Both the position numbers and the translations under genes were made by a program. Of a stretch of DNA of 64,000 nucleotides, positions 47,479 to 57,800 are shown piece after piece. Where the stretch lies: contig OY776562.1 of NCBI GenBank assembly GCA_963675785.1, positions 3,008,001-3,072,000 of the forward strand. The letters are read 5' to 3'. Source of the stretch: Anaerolineae bacterium. GTDB lineage: Bacteria; Chloroflexota; Anaerolineae; UBA1429. The notes below the pieces were generated by a model. That model was not told the DNA's origin. It saw only the letters and a program-made list of their open reading frames with translations, and did no database searches. Every line of letters begins with the position of its first letter. Positions within the stretch are counted from its first letter, which is position 1.

Positions 47479-48768
47479 ATGCATATTAACCTGAAATACG
47501 GCATTGATGGATTGGATGTTAACGTTCCTGATTGTGCGGATGTGATTGTGCCGCACCGTTCTCCTGGCCTTGGTGACGAGGCAGGGTCTCTTCGTTTTGC
47601 TTTACGCGGGCCGAGAGGATGTACAGCACTTGCTGAGCGTGTGAAACCGAACGACAAGGTGGTTGTCGTCTTTAGTGACATCACCCGGCCTATGCCCAGT
47701 GACCGAGTTCTGCCAGTTGTATTGCAAGAGCTTGCACATGTGCCGAGTGAGAATATCGTTCTTTTGAATGCCCTGGGTACGCACCAGCGCAACACGCCAA
47801 AAGAGCTAGAGCGTATGTTGGGTGTGGAGATCGTGCGGAACTATCGCATCGAACAACATGATGCCTGGGATCGAGACGGATTGGTTTATCTGGGCGAATC
47901 GCAGGCGGGGCATCCGTTGTGGGTGAACCGTCTGTACCATGAGGCCACTTTTCGTATTGTTACAGGCTTTATCGAACCGCACATTTTTGCTGGGTTCTCT
48001 GGTGGGCCCAAGGGCGTGCTACCTGGTATAGCCGGCATCGATACTATTATGGCCAATCATAGCCCGGCGATGTTGAACTCGCCGTTGGCTACCTGGGGTG
48101 TTATTGAGGGTAACCCGGTATGGCAAGAGATGCATGAGATGGCCTTGGCCTGTCCCCCTGATTTTCTGGTAAATGTGGCGCTTAATGCCGAACGCGAGAT
48201 CACGGCCGTGTTTGCTGGAGAGATGGACGCAGCCCATTCGGCTGGCAGGTCTTTTGTATCTAGCATGGCCATGACGCCCGTCTCGCACCGGTATGATGTG
48301 GTTCTGGTTACCAATAGCGGTTATCCTTTGGATATTAACCTCTATCAGACTGTTAAAGGCATGTCGTCAGCGGCACGCATTGTGCGCCCGGGCGGAGCCA
48401 TTGTGGTAGCCAGCCAATGTCGTTATGGCATTCCAGATTATGGCAAATATCGCGAGTTAGTGGTACAGGGGGGCTCTGTGCAGGGCATTCAAGAACTCAT
48501 CAGCCGCCCCGGCTTTTGCGAACACGATATGTGGGAGGCGCAGCTTCATGCCGGCGTGTTGGCAAGAGCTGCGGTGCATCTCTATGCAGATGGCTTGAGC
48601 GATACACAAATTCGCGAGATGCTGCTAGAGCCCTGTCATGATATCGAGACGACTGTGAACGACCTGCTATGTGAGTTTGGCCCTGGGGCAAGCCTTTGTG
48701 TGCTCCCTGAAGGGCCCCAGACCATACCTTATCTTGAAGAACCGTGTGCCTCTCAAGGAGGACTGTGA
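47479..48768 (+). CDS. larA: Nickel-pincer-dependent lactate racemase (LarA) family protein
   Basis: SDITRP, ALGTH, QHDA, EPHIFAGFSGGPKG, GYPLDINLYQTVKG. Confidence 0.85.
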   Translation: MHINLKYGIDGLDVNVPDCADVIVPHRSPGLGDEAGSLRFALRGPRGCTALAERVKPNDKVVVVFSDITRPMPSDRVLPVVLQELAHVPSENIVLLNALGTHQRNTPKELERMLGVEIVRNYRIEQHDAWDRDGLVYLGESQAGHPLWVNRLYHEATFRIVTGFIEPHIFAGFSGGPKGVLPGIAGIDTIMANHSPAMLNSPLATWGVIEGNPVWQEMHEMALACPPDFLVNVALNAEREITAVFAGEMDAAHSAGRSFVSSMAMTPVSHRYDVVLVTNSGYPLDINLYQTVKGMSSAARIVRPGGAIVVASQCRYGIPDYGKYRELVVQGGSVQGIQELISRPGFCEHDMWEAQLHAGVLARAAVHLYADGLSDTQIREMLLEPCHDIETTVNDLLCEFGPGASLCVLPEGPQTIPYLEEPCASQGGL

Positions 48769-50810
48769 TGCGCGAGCTTGTTTTGCTACCGCAACCCAAA
48801 CGTATCGAGATGTTTAAAGGGGCGTTCAGGCTAAATGCCGATACGCTCATACAGTTGCTGCCCTCGTGCGCCGCAGCACTGCACGTGGTGGCCTTGCAGC
48901 TCAAACAAGAGATATTCGCTGATACTGGTATTGAAATCTCTATTGTTTCCTCTGCCAAATCTCCCCGAAAAGAGAATCTCATCGTCGTTGGTACGGTGGA
49001 TGACCCGTCCTGGGAAGACTATGCAGAGTCCCTCGATGAGCTCGTTTCTCAGGCTTATACGCTCAAGATAGACAAAGAGGGTGTGCTGGCTGTGGGCGGT
49101 GATCTTGATGGCGCAGCCTATGCCCTACAGACACTGCGGCAGATCGTTCGTACATCGGGCGTACTTTTGCCTTCGTTGGCCATAGACGACTGGCCTTCAC
49201 TTCCCAATCGTGGGCTTATGCTGGATGTCTGCCGCGGCAAAGTGCCCACGCTAGATACGCTCAAACTGCTAGTCGATGAACTCGCTGCTTTCAAGATCAA
49301 TGTCTTGCAGCTCTATACCGAGCACACGTTTTCTTTTGCCAGCCATCCGCGTATTGGCGAGAACTGTGGTTCATTAACGCCGGAAGACATATTGGAATTG
49401 GACGCCTATGCGCATGATCGTCGATTAACGCTCATGCCCAATCTACAGGCTTTTGGCCATTGTGCCCATATCCTGCGCATCCCTCGCTATGCTGATCTGG
49501 CCGAATCGGGCGCGCTCTGGTCTCTCAGCCCTGTGCTAGAAGGCACCTACACGCTGTTGGGCGACATGTTTGCGGATCTCACGCCTGCTTTTTCCTGCAA
49601 GGTACTGAATGTCGATTGCGACGAAACTTGGGATTTGGGTTACGGCCTTTCGGCAGAACGCTGTGAAGAGGTTGGTCGTGGTAGGGTGTATTTGGAGCAC
49701 ATCAACCGCTTGCGTGAATTAGCGGCCGAGAACGGTTGTCACATCCAGATGTGGGGTGACATTCTGTTGCACTATCCCGAACTGGTTGACGATCTGGCAG
49801 AGGATATTACGTTACTGGATTGGCATTACGAGGCGTCGGATGATTATCCTTCGACGCGCATTTTTGGCGAGAGCGGCCGAGACTTTTGGGTGTGCCCCGG
49901 TACGTCTTCTTGGAACACAATTTTCCCCCGTATTGAGAATGCCAATATCAATATCCGCAACCTGATCCGGCAAGGGTTGGCAGAGGGTGCCATCGGTGTG
50001 TTGAACACTGACTGGGGCGATCATGGGCATTATCAACCCATCGGCCAGAGCTGGTATGGCTATATCTATGGGGCCGAGCAATCTTGGACGGGTGGCGAGA
50101 CGGACGACGATGCCTTTGATTCAGCATTTGGGCACCTGTTCTTTGGCGCAAACGGCACAGTTATCGTGGAGGCGATTCGTGCGGTAGGGGCTTTGAATGC
50201 TGTGGATGATATGGCCAGGGGCAACAGCTCTCGCGGCATTTATGCCTTGCTAGAAGACCCTGTGTTGGCCGAGGTTTCTCTGTCACTCTCCCCAGAGACT
50301 CTGCGAAGGATTACGGAAACTTGTGAACAAGCCGAGATCGGTTTTGGCCAGATTCCGGGGGATTGCCAAGACAGAATGGCCCTGGAAGAGATGGCCTACT
50401 CTTGCCGTCTGTTTAAAATGATGGCTCGCAAAGCTGCTTTTTCCCAAAAGCTAGAAGCTACGCTTGCGAGTATGCCCCCTGCTTCTGAAGCAGCTCTGGA
50501 TGCGTTGACGGTTCTCTTGGACGAACTAGAAACCATTGAGGCTTCCTTGGTGGGGCTAGTCAGTTTGTTCGAGGCGCAATGGATGCGTAGAGCACGCCGT
50601 TCCGAGATCAATATCTCGTTGGGGCATTTTGCAGGTGTGCGACAGCGGATGCGCTGTTTGGCGGATTGGCTCAGAGAACGCGTGGATGAGTTGCAGGCTG
50701 GCATAGCGCCTGATTATGACCTCACTGCATACAAAGCAGAGGCCGAAACATATCTGATTCTAGGTCAGGCGGAACACAAGCGCTGGAACGAACTGGGCAT
50801 TCTCCGATAG
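48768..50810 (+). CDS. GH20 beta-N-acetylhexosaminidase-like protein
   Basis: LLPQPK, DWPSLPNRGLMLDVCRG, LYTEH, FGH, DCDET catalytic pair, TDWGDHGH. Confidence 0.88.
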   Translation: MRELVLLPQPKRIEMFKGAFRLNADTLIQLLPSCAAALHVVALQLKQEIFADTGIEISIVSSAKSPRKENLIVVGTVDDPSWEDYAESLDELVSQAYTLKIDKEGVLAVGGDLDGAAYALQTLRQIVRTSGVLLPSLAIDDWPSLPNRGLMLDVCRGKVPTLDTLKLLVDELAAFKINVLQLYTEHTFSFASHPRIGENCGSLTPEDILELDAYAHDRRLTLMPNLQAFGHCAHILRIPRYADLAESGALWSLSPVLEGTYTLLGDMFADLTPAFSCKVLNVDCDETWDLGYGLSAERCEEVGRGRVYLEHINRLRELAAENGCHIQMWGDILLHYPELVDDLAEDITLLDWHYEASDDYPSTRIFGESGRDFWVCPGTSSWNTIFPRIENANINIRNLIRQGLAEGAIGVLNTDWGDHGHYQPIGQSWYGYIYGAEQSWTGGETDDDAFDSAFGHLFFGANGTVIVEAIRAVGALNAVDDMARGNSSRGIYALLEDPVLAEVSLSLSPETLRRITETCEQAEIGFGQIPGDCQDRMALEEMAYSCRLFKMMARKAAFSQKLEATLASMPPASEAALDALTVLLDELETIEASLVGLVSLFEAQWMRRARRSEINISLGHFAGVRQRMRCLADWLRERVDELQAGIAPDYDLTAYKAEAETYLILGQAEHKRWNELGILR

Positions 50811-50819
50811 AGGACTCGT

Positions 50820-50853
50820 AACGGGGTCGCCGTATAATGCGACGACCCCGTTT
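50820..50853. terminator. Intrinsic terminator between convergent genes
   Basis: aacggggtcg / cgaccccgtt stem. Confidence 0.7.
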
Positions 50854-50856
50854 GAA

Positions 50857-51108
50857 TTATTCTTCTACAACGCGCTCGACGGCGATGGTGCAGCTAGTGA
50901 TGAGTGCTGCAAAAGCGCCTACGGCTGCCAGCACTGGGGCAAAAACTGTGCCTACGGCCGCTATGGTCATAGGCAATTCCATAATGGTGCGGCCATCCTG
51001 ACGGATGACAATGCGGCGAATGTTGCCTTGATGAACGAGTTCTTTGACTTTGTCGACAAGCTGGTTGCCCGACACTTCAAACTCTTCTGTACGAGTTTTC
51101 TCTTCCAT
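50857..51108 (-). CDS. DUF4342 domain protein
   Basis: EEFEVSG..LVDKVKELVHQGNIRRIVI...P.T...LAAVG; SD ggaggtga. Confidence 0.88.
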   Translation of the reverse strand: MEEKTRTEEFEVSGNQLVDKVKELVHQGNIRRIVIRQDGRTIMELPMTIAAVGTVFAPVLAAVGAFAALITSCTIAVERVVEE

Positions 51109-51237
51109 TTACGCTCACCTCCGGAGCCGTGCTAGTATGTATATTATACGTCGTTCGAAGGATTATGGTTGCTCTTGGCTTCAAAAGGCCTAGAATGATC
51201 TTTGTACTTTTGAATCTGGCAAGAGCAAGGGAGAGGT

Positions 51238-51762
51238 ATGGAGCGCCCAGAATCTGAAGGAAGTTGGTTGCGCGAGTTTGTGAGATCGTTCTTGCCGGCC
51301 ATTTTGATCGTCGCGTTTATTAATCTGTTCATTGCGCAACCAAGAACTGTGGACGGGCGCAGTATGGAGCCTACGCTTTACGACGGCAACCGGCTCATTG
51401 TCGAGTTGTTGAGTTATCGTTTTGCCGAGCCTGAGCGTGGTGACATTGTGATGCTGCGTATTACAGAAGGGCAGACTTCTCGCGCCTTGGTCAAGCGGGT
51501 AATTGGACTCCCGGGTGACACTGTCGAGATCTATGATGGTAGTGTGTACATCAATGGAGAGAAACTGGACGAGCCCTATGTCTCAGCCTCTACTGATGGA
51601 ATCATGACGGCGATGCTCATTCCCGATGGCCAATACTTTGTAATGGGTGATAATCGGCCGGTAAGTAATGATTCCAGATATTTTGGCACGATACCCTATC
51701 AAGATATCATCGGCCATGTTCTCATTCGCTACTGGCCGTTCAGTCTTTTTGGAGCACCATAA
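51238..51762 (+). CDS. lepB: Signal peptidase I
   Basis: SMEPTL, RGDIV, VKRVIGLPGD, GDNRPVSNDSR. Confidence 0.95.
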   Translation: MERPESEGSWLREFVRSFLPAILIVAFINLFIAQPRTVDGRSMEPTLYDGNRLIVELLSYRFAEPERGDIVMLRITEGQTSRALVKRVIGLPGDTVEIYDGSVYINGEKLDEPYVSASTDGIMTAMLIPDGQYFVMGDNRPVSNDSRYFGTIPYQDIIGHVLIRYWPFSLFGAP

Positions 51763-51766
51763 GTTT

Positions 51767-51795
51767 AAAAGGGGGAGCAGATGCTCCCCCTTTTT
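51767..51795. terminator. Bidirectional intrinsic terminator
   Basis: aaaa-gggggagca / tgctccccc-ttttt. Confidence 0.85.
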
Positions 51796-51797
51796 CT

Positions 51798-52487
51798 TTA
51801 GATGAGATTGACCACGATGTCATTTCCGCTCAAACCCGGATAAGCTTTGGCCTCAGTCAGGGCCTCATCATCTGGATGCGCCAGCAGCCACTTGTTCACG
51901 GCGAATAGCAATTGCGCTTCACCTTGCTTGGCAGGAGAAAAGGATAGTTCTGTATTGGTTCCCTTGGGCAAGTACACCAGGGAAATGAATTCTTCGCTGC
52001 TGGTGATCTGGATAGGCGCATAGTGCAGATTCCATGCAGGAAGTTCGACTACCGTGCCAGCAGGCGCGTAAAAGGCTTTGACCTGCGCCGTGTCGTAAGA
52101 GATGGTTTCTCCCCAAATGATATCTTGAACATGCCCGACTAGCAGTACCATATCGGTGATACAGACGTTGACCTCGTTGCCTTTGTGGTATTCAAGAGCG
52201 CCTAGACGGTTGTTTTTGCCATAACACCAACCCACCTGTATGGGCATACCGCCGTAAATCTGTTCGATCATGGCCTGATTAAAGGCACACGGTGCCTCCA
52301 GTAGAGAGACGGAGGGCTCGTATTCTGTAGCCTGTGAACCAGGACATGTTGCCAGAGACCGCTGGATCATCTCTGCTGGGTCGAACCCATTTAGCAATTG
52401 GCCATAGCGTTCAAACGAAATATCCGTTATCGGCAGAATGTTCAGCTCTGGGTTGGCCTTTTGCAAAAGCGCCAGTCTATCGCTCAT
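51798..52487 (-). CDS. DUF4867 family protein (cupin-like)
   Basis: F.RYG, YGGMPIQVGWCYG.N..L.ALEYHKG.E, LHYAP, LPKGTN, NKWLLAH. Confidence 0.8.
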   Translation of the reverse strand: MSDRLALLQKANPELNILPITDISFERYGQLLNGFDPAEMIQRSLATCPGSQATEYEPSVSLLEAPCAFNQAMIEQIYGGMPIQVGWCYGKNNRLGALEYHKGNEVNVCITDMVLLVGHVQDIIWGETISYDTAQVKAFYAPAGTVVELPAWNLHYAPIQITSSEEFISLVYLPKGTNTELSFSPAKQGEAQLLFAVNKWLLAHPDDEALTEAKAYPGLSGNDIVVNLI

Positions 52488-54741
52488 CTTGTACTCCTAG
52501 TTCTCTCGTGCTCTCTGGCACGAGAAGGATTGTGTTGCCCTTTTCAAAAGCTAGTTTAATGATACCCTCGTCTTCTTCAAGTGTGGTAATTCTGTCTCTG
52601 GCGCTGAGCGCCGCATTTTGCGGAGCAAAGGGATTCTCCAGCATCAGCGTTCCCCCACACTCGGATGTCACTTCTACCCAACGCGTAGTGCCGTTGCTGC
52701 TTTCAGCAGAGACGAGAAATGCGCCAGGGATGCGGATGCCGTCAAAGCGAACGTTATCCCAGCCCTGAGGAATTGCCGGAAAGACGCGCGTTATGCCGCC
52801 CGCGGTGTGCAGCAGCATTTCAAGCACGGCCGTTGCTGCGCCCATAGTGGCGTCCATCTGCATGATATCCGGATTATTGGCAAGAGTGGTAAAGCCCTTG
52901 AAGATGGCATCATGCGTTGTCGCCTTGCCGGGTGTGCGAAATGCACGGGACATTTCTTCCAATAATAATGCGGCCCTATCGCCGTTGTGCATGCGTGCCC
53001 AGAGGATGCTGGCCCACGGTAGGCACCACCCCGACCAGTTACCCATACCCATACGCACCCAGGTGTTGAATGAGTTCTCAATCAGTTCACGATCTGTGTC
53101 GTTCCTCCAGGGATCCACCGTATCAAAAGGATACAATGAGGCGAGATGGGAGTGATGTCGATGGCTCATGGCCAGCGGCTGATCATCCCAGAGTTGCAGC
53201 TCGGGACCGTGCTCACCCGTTAGAATGCTACCAGTGGGTAGACCCTGGTCTATGGCTTTCCATCGTGAGGTGTCCACATCCAGTTTGAGTACTTTGACAG
53301 CCTGAATAAGCGCACGACACAGGCAGTGAATGATAGCCAATTGAAAGCTGGCATTGGCGCCCCAGGCCCACATGGCTGCACCGCCGTATTCGGGAGAGAC
53401 ACTGATAGGCAGGTAATATCGACCCTCTTTCTCTTTCAGCATGACCTCGTAAACGCGCATAGCGCCATACATAAAGGGATAGGCCAGGCGTTTGAGAAAA
53501 GAGGTATCGCCCGTGTACTGATAGTACATCCACATCATCTGGGCCATCCAGCTTGTTGAACCATGATCGATGCTGCCGGTCCAAAAGCCGCCCATGCAAG
53601 TACAACGATCATCGACAGCATGGGGCAGCATGAGGCCATCCTCGATGTCATACACGCGACGGGCGTTTTCATGCAGACGCGGCATCCATGTCTCCAGCAT
53701 CTCCCAAAGAGGTTGCAGTGTCTCTAGATGGTTTCCACCAAAGGCTGGCCAATAACATTCTTGCACGTTGATGTTAAAGTGATAATCGGCGCTCCAGGGC
53801 GGCATGCGGTATTCTTCGATCCAAGGACCTTGCAGGCAAGCTGGGGGTGTACCTGGTAACGACATACCGGCCAGCTTGTAGAGCCCAAGATCATATAGTT
53901 CCTGCAAGGTATTGTCGGGTATGCTAACCTTCGCGGCCTGTTGCCAGTAGTTACGCCACCAAGTGGCTTCGCCGTCAGCTAGTGCCGCATAGCCGAGGCG
54001 TTTAGCATTGGTCAGGGTTTCTTTGGCCAGGGTCCATGCTTGCTCTCTCGTCTCACCACGCTCTGCGACGAGATAGATTTCAATGCCATTGTTGTGATGA
54101 CCACAATACCAGCGGACGGCTAGTGCTGGATCGGCTGGCAGGGGTTGAACCCATCCACCCGAATCACCCTCGTCGAGCGACTTTGGTATCTCTAAACCGT
54201 AGGCTTGCCAGTGATCGAGAACTTCAGGGGTATTAGGCGGTGCCGAAGTGAGCACAAGGTTTTCGATTGACAATCCTTCGATACGCAAGGCCAGCAGCGC
54301 CTGCCCACGAGGCATAATAGCTCTGACGACGATAGGACGGGCACTATTGAGGCGAATTACTGCCTCTCCAGTGGAAAGGGATAGACAGCCATCCTCGATC
54401 TCGCCGAGCTGGAACGAAAAATCGAGACGCCCCATAGGCAAATGAGTTGGCCTATTCGGCTGACCTAGTGGAGGTGTTATACCCTCAAATGCCCCACGTA
54501 ATGAAGCTTCGTCTTCGGCGCGGAGCCATTGGCAGAGGTTCTCGTAGGTTGTTTCTTTGCCAAATTCGATGCCGCCGCGGTGGTCCCAGTAATCCTGGCG
54601 GTTTATGGTAATATGTAGGGCATGATTTTGTCCCCATAAAAGTGCACCGAAAAGACCGTTTCCTAAAGGAATGCCATCATGTGTTGAATTTGCCGGAAAG
54701 TGCCACCCGATGGATTTTGGGAACGTATTACATGAAAGCAT
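52477..54741 (-). CDS. GH95-like alpha-L-fucosidase/galactosidase
   Basis: PLGNG..GALLWG, LQGPW, WSADYHFNINVQECYW, SVSPE, HRHHSHL..LYP, VFPAIP..W. Confidence 0.82.
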   Translation of the reverse strand: MLSCNTFPKSIGWHFPANSTHDGIPLGNGLFGALLWGQNHALHITINRQDYWDHRGGIEFGKETTYENLCQWLRAEDEASLRGAFEGITPPLGQPNRPTHLPMGRLDFSFQLGEIEDGCLSLSTGEAVIRLNSARPIVVRAIMPRGQALLALRIEGLSIENLVLTSAPPNTPEVLDHWQAYGLEIPKSLDEGDSGGWVQPLPADPALAVRWYCGHHNNGIEIYLVAERGETREQAWTLAKETLTNAKRLGYAALADGEATWWRNYWQQAAKVSIPDNTLQELYDLGLYKLAGMSLPGTPPACLQGPWIEEYRMPPWSADYHFNINVQECYWPAFGGNHLETLQPLWEMLETWMPRLHENARRVYDIEDGLMLPHAVDDRCTCMGGFWTGSIDHGSTSWMAQMMWMYYQYTGDTSFLKRLAYPFMYGAMRVYEVMLKEKEGRYYLPISVSPEYGGAAMWAWGANASFQLAIIHCLCRALIQAVKVLKLDVDTSRWKAIDQGLPTGSILTGEHGPELQLWDDQPLAMSHRHHSHLASLYPFDTVDPWRNDTDRELIENSFNTWVRMGMGNWSGWCLPWASILWARMHNGDRAALLLEEMSRAFRTPGKATTHDAIFKGFTTLANNPDIMQMDATMGAATAVLEMLLHTAGGITRVFPAIPQGWDNVRFDGIRIPGAFLVSAESSNGTTRWVEVTSECGGTLMLENPFAPQNAALSARDRITTLEEDEGIIKLAFEKGNTILLVPESTRELGVQDER

Positions 54742-54881
54742 TCATTAACTCCTACTGAATGGATACTTGTCGCATTCTAGTCAACCGAATCTAATCTGAC
54801 AATCAGTACCTGGTTCGACAGTCTACAGGCTCTGTCTATAATTAGTACTTGTAGGCACGAACTAGACTGTAAAGGAGATCC

Positions 54882-57800
54882 GTGTCTGATCATTCTGTGT
54901 ATGACGATGTTCTGATTCGCCCTCTCGATATCGAGCGTGATGCTGAGGGGCTTGCTGAGATGTGGATGGCCAGTGAACTTGCCTGGCCGGATGGCGCAAA
55001 CCGAGGTATTCCTGTAACGCCCGAATTGGCTGCTGAATGGGAAGCTGAGAGGCGTCTTCTCATTGCCTATGTCGCCGAGATTGATGGCAAAGTGGTGGGC
55101 TATTGCAGCTTTCAAAAGGGAGAAGATGAGAAAGAGGGCGAACCCTATCTTGGCCTTTTGAACGTTCATCCCGGATATCACGGACATAGCATTGGTCGCA
55201 AGTTGGTACAAACAACCATTGAGCGTTCTGTGGCCGAAGGCTGGAAGTATCAAACACTGCATACTTGGTCGGCAAATTTCAAGGCAGTGCCGGCTTATAA
55301 AAAGACCGGGCATTTTTGGGCACCCGATTCCTCGGTTCTCATGGAGAACTTTGTTCCCGGCGCGCTCCAACTCTCACTGGCAGAACCTTTTTTCGACCGA
55401 CATGATTGGTATCGCTGCTATGCGCGTGAAATCAAGCAGGGTTGGGATGATGAGAGCTGGCAGGGCCTTGCCGTCTATACCTACCGCTGGGAGGCAGAGG
55501 GTGAGACGTTGACTCTTCGCTATGACCGCGAGTCGCGAGGCCTGGTCTCTGTGGAGACCGATGATCTGGGGCTTTCAGCGGTAGTGGATACACGCGAACC
55601 GCTGACCGGTTCGAGCTGCAAGATGATCTGGCAGGCCATCAATAAGGGGCAGTCTTCTGTGAGCATCTCGCTGCGCGCAACTGCCGATAAGGGATTGACT
55701 CTCGATTATGCGATGATGTTTGTACTAGCAGCAGGTGAATCTCGTACGCTAGAGACCAAGGTCAAAGTGGCTGATGATGCCTCTGCCGAGACTGATCGTG
55801 GAACGGCACCCTCTGTGCTGACGGATTGGCTCGTAGACGGGAATCGCGTCGAGATGAAGACTGGCTGCAAGCCCAAAAAGCCGGTGGTGTTGAGCATCTA
55901 TCCCGATACGCTGAGTCTGGTTCCTGGCAGAGCGCTGGATGCCAATATCGAATTGCACAGTGAGCTCCATGAGGCGGCTCAGGTGACGGTTCGACTTTTT
56001 TGCCAGGAGGGTCTGACGGCCGATTGGTGTGAGCGCGTTGTCATACTGCCGCTCGAAGGTCATATCGCCCTGCCCATCAGACTGTGTGCCTGTAAGGAGG
56101 GCGTTTTTAATCTTGATGTCCGTCTGGAAGGGGCGCCACAGCCTATCAATGAAACGTTTCAGGTGTTCAGTGTGGCAGCGGGCGGACTGGTTTTTGATCA
56201 GAGCGCCAAAGAAGCTCGCATCGAGACGGACCGTATTCGCATCAAGGTGGCTTCTAAACGAGGTGATATCAGCGTATTGGACAAGGCCAGTGGTGTAAGG
56301 CTGTCCAAGCTCTCGCTCACCGCTGCGCCGCCCTTTTCCCCATTAGAGTTCAAGACAGTCTCGCTGGAAAGCGCTTTATCAGGTTCCCGCGTTCGGGTTT
56401 CGATGAGGGGTGAGGCAGCTCATTATGAGGGACTCGTGCTCAACGCCCTGGTCGAGGTTGCAGCGACCGGATTGGGCACCATACATGCCCATATAGAGAA
56501 TCAGGGCGCAATAGTTTACGATACGGGTCTGGCGCTGATAGTGGAACCGGGTAATCGTGATAGATTGCGTATGGCTCATCCGGGGAACTCTATGAGCGTT
56601 TTGGAATCGGCCAGTCACTATCCCTCCGGTTCAACCGATGAATTGCGCGATCCAGCCGACTATCGTGAACCCTGGCTCTCTTGGGATCGCGGCGATACAA
56701 AGGGTGGGCGTTTGGCTGCTGGCGTGGCCTGGGATGATTCACTAGAGCGTCTCACCAACGAGTGGCGAATTGTGTTCAAAAACAAGGGCGGGAAACTAAA
56801 CCCGGGTGAAAAAAGCGATACGGTGGCGTATGCTTTTTGTGGTACTTGCGGATCCTGGCAGGTCGCTGCGGATTTGCTGCGAGGCTGGACAGGCTCAGTC
56901 GCAGAAAAGCCTTTTGGTCCGTCTATAGCGGTTTTGCCCGAATCCAAAGTTATTTTGACATTGGCTAACCGGATAAAAACCGCGCTGACAGTTTCTTCGG
57001 TGCGGCGGCTACCTTTGGAGGGACGGCTTGCCTTGACCGCGGATAAAGGACTTGCGGTTTCACCCGACGCATTTTCGCTCACAAATGTGGTTCGGGGTAA
57101 TGATGTTCGTTGCGAGACAGAAATCGAACTGGGCGCCGCCAAGCAAAGCGTGTACGGTTTGAATGCGCGGCTCGAACTTCCAACGGAGGAACATGACTAC
57201 CCGTTCTCGGTCGTGCGTGCGGGCTCTCATCATGTGGTTGAAGTGACTCGAACCGAATGTGAGGGTCAATCGGTTTGGCATATCGACAATGGTGCAGACC
57301 GCTTTGCCATTGCACCCAGTTTTGGGCCTTCGCTAACGAGCTGGATTCATGCCGATGGGGAGATGCTGGCTAGTCCATTCCCGCAGCCTGAAGGCTTTGC
57401 CTGGTTATATCCTTCTTTTGGCGGCCTTCATCCACTGTTGTTACCGGATTCTACCAATTGCTGGGAAGGTTATCTACATTCAGAAAAGATATCTACACAA
57501 GAGCTGGAAACAAACTGGGCTGGCTTGGATTGGCGTGGTGTGCGGTTGACCAGCATGCCCGAACATAAGGATCTCAAAGGCGTGTGTGTAGAGCTTGACT
57601 ATACTACGGTGGGCGAGAGCTCGATACTGCGAGTCGTCTATAGATTGATCAATCAACGGAACACAACAAGCAAGAAGATGGTTGTTGGTCACACTGCCAA
57701 GTTTACGCTTGGTGATGATTGTCGAGCTTTGGTAGGGCGCACCCCGGATACTACTCGGCACCCGACAAATGGTGCGAGCTTTATCATGGGTCAGCCCTGG

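Noticed and set aside
51127-51154. dif-like sequence ccgtgctagta-tgtata-ttatacgtcgt about 4 kb from xerD
   Set aside because: The XerD arm matches only TTAT, not TTATGTTAAAT. It is better explained by a minus-strand TATAAT box (51143-51148) for the DUF4342 gene.
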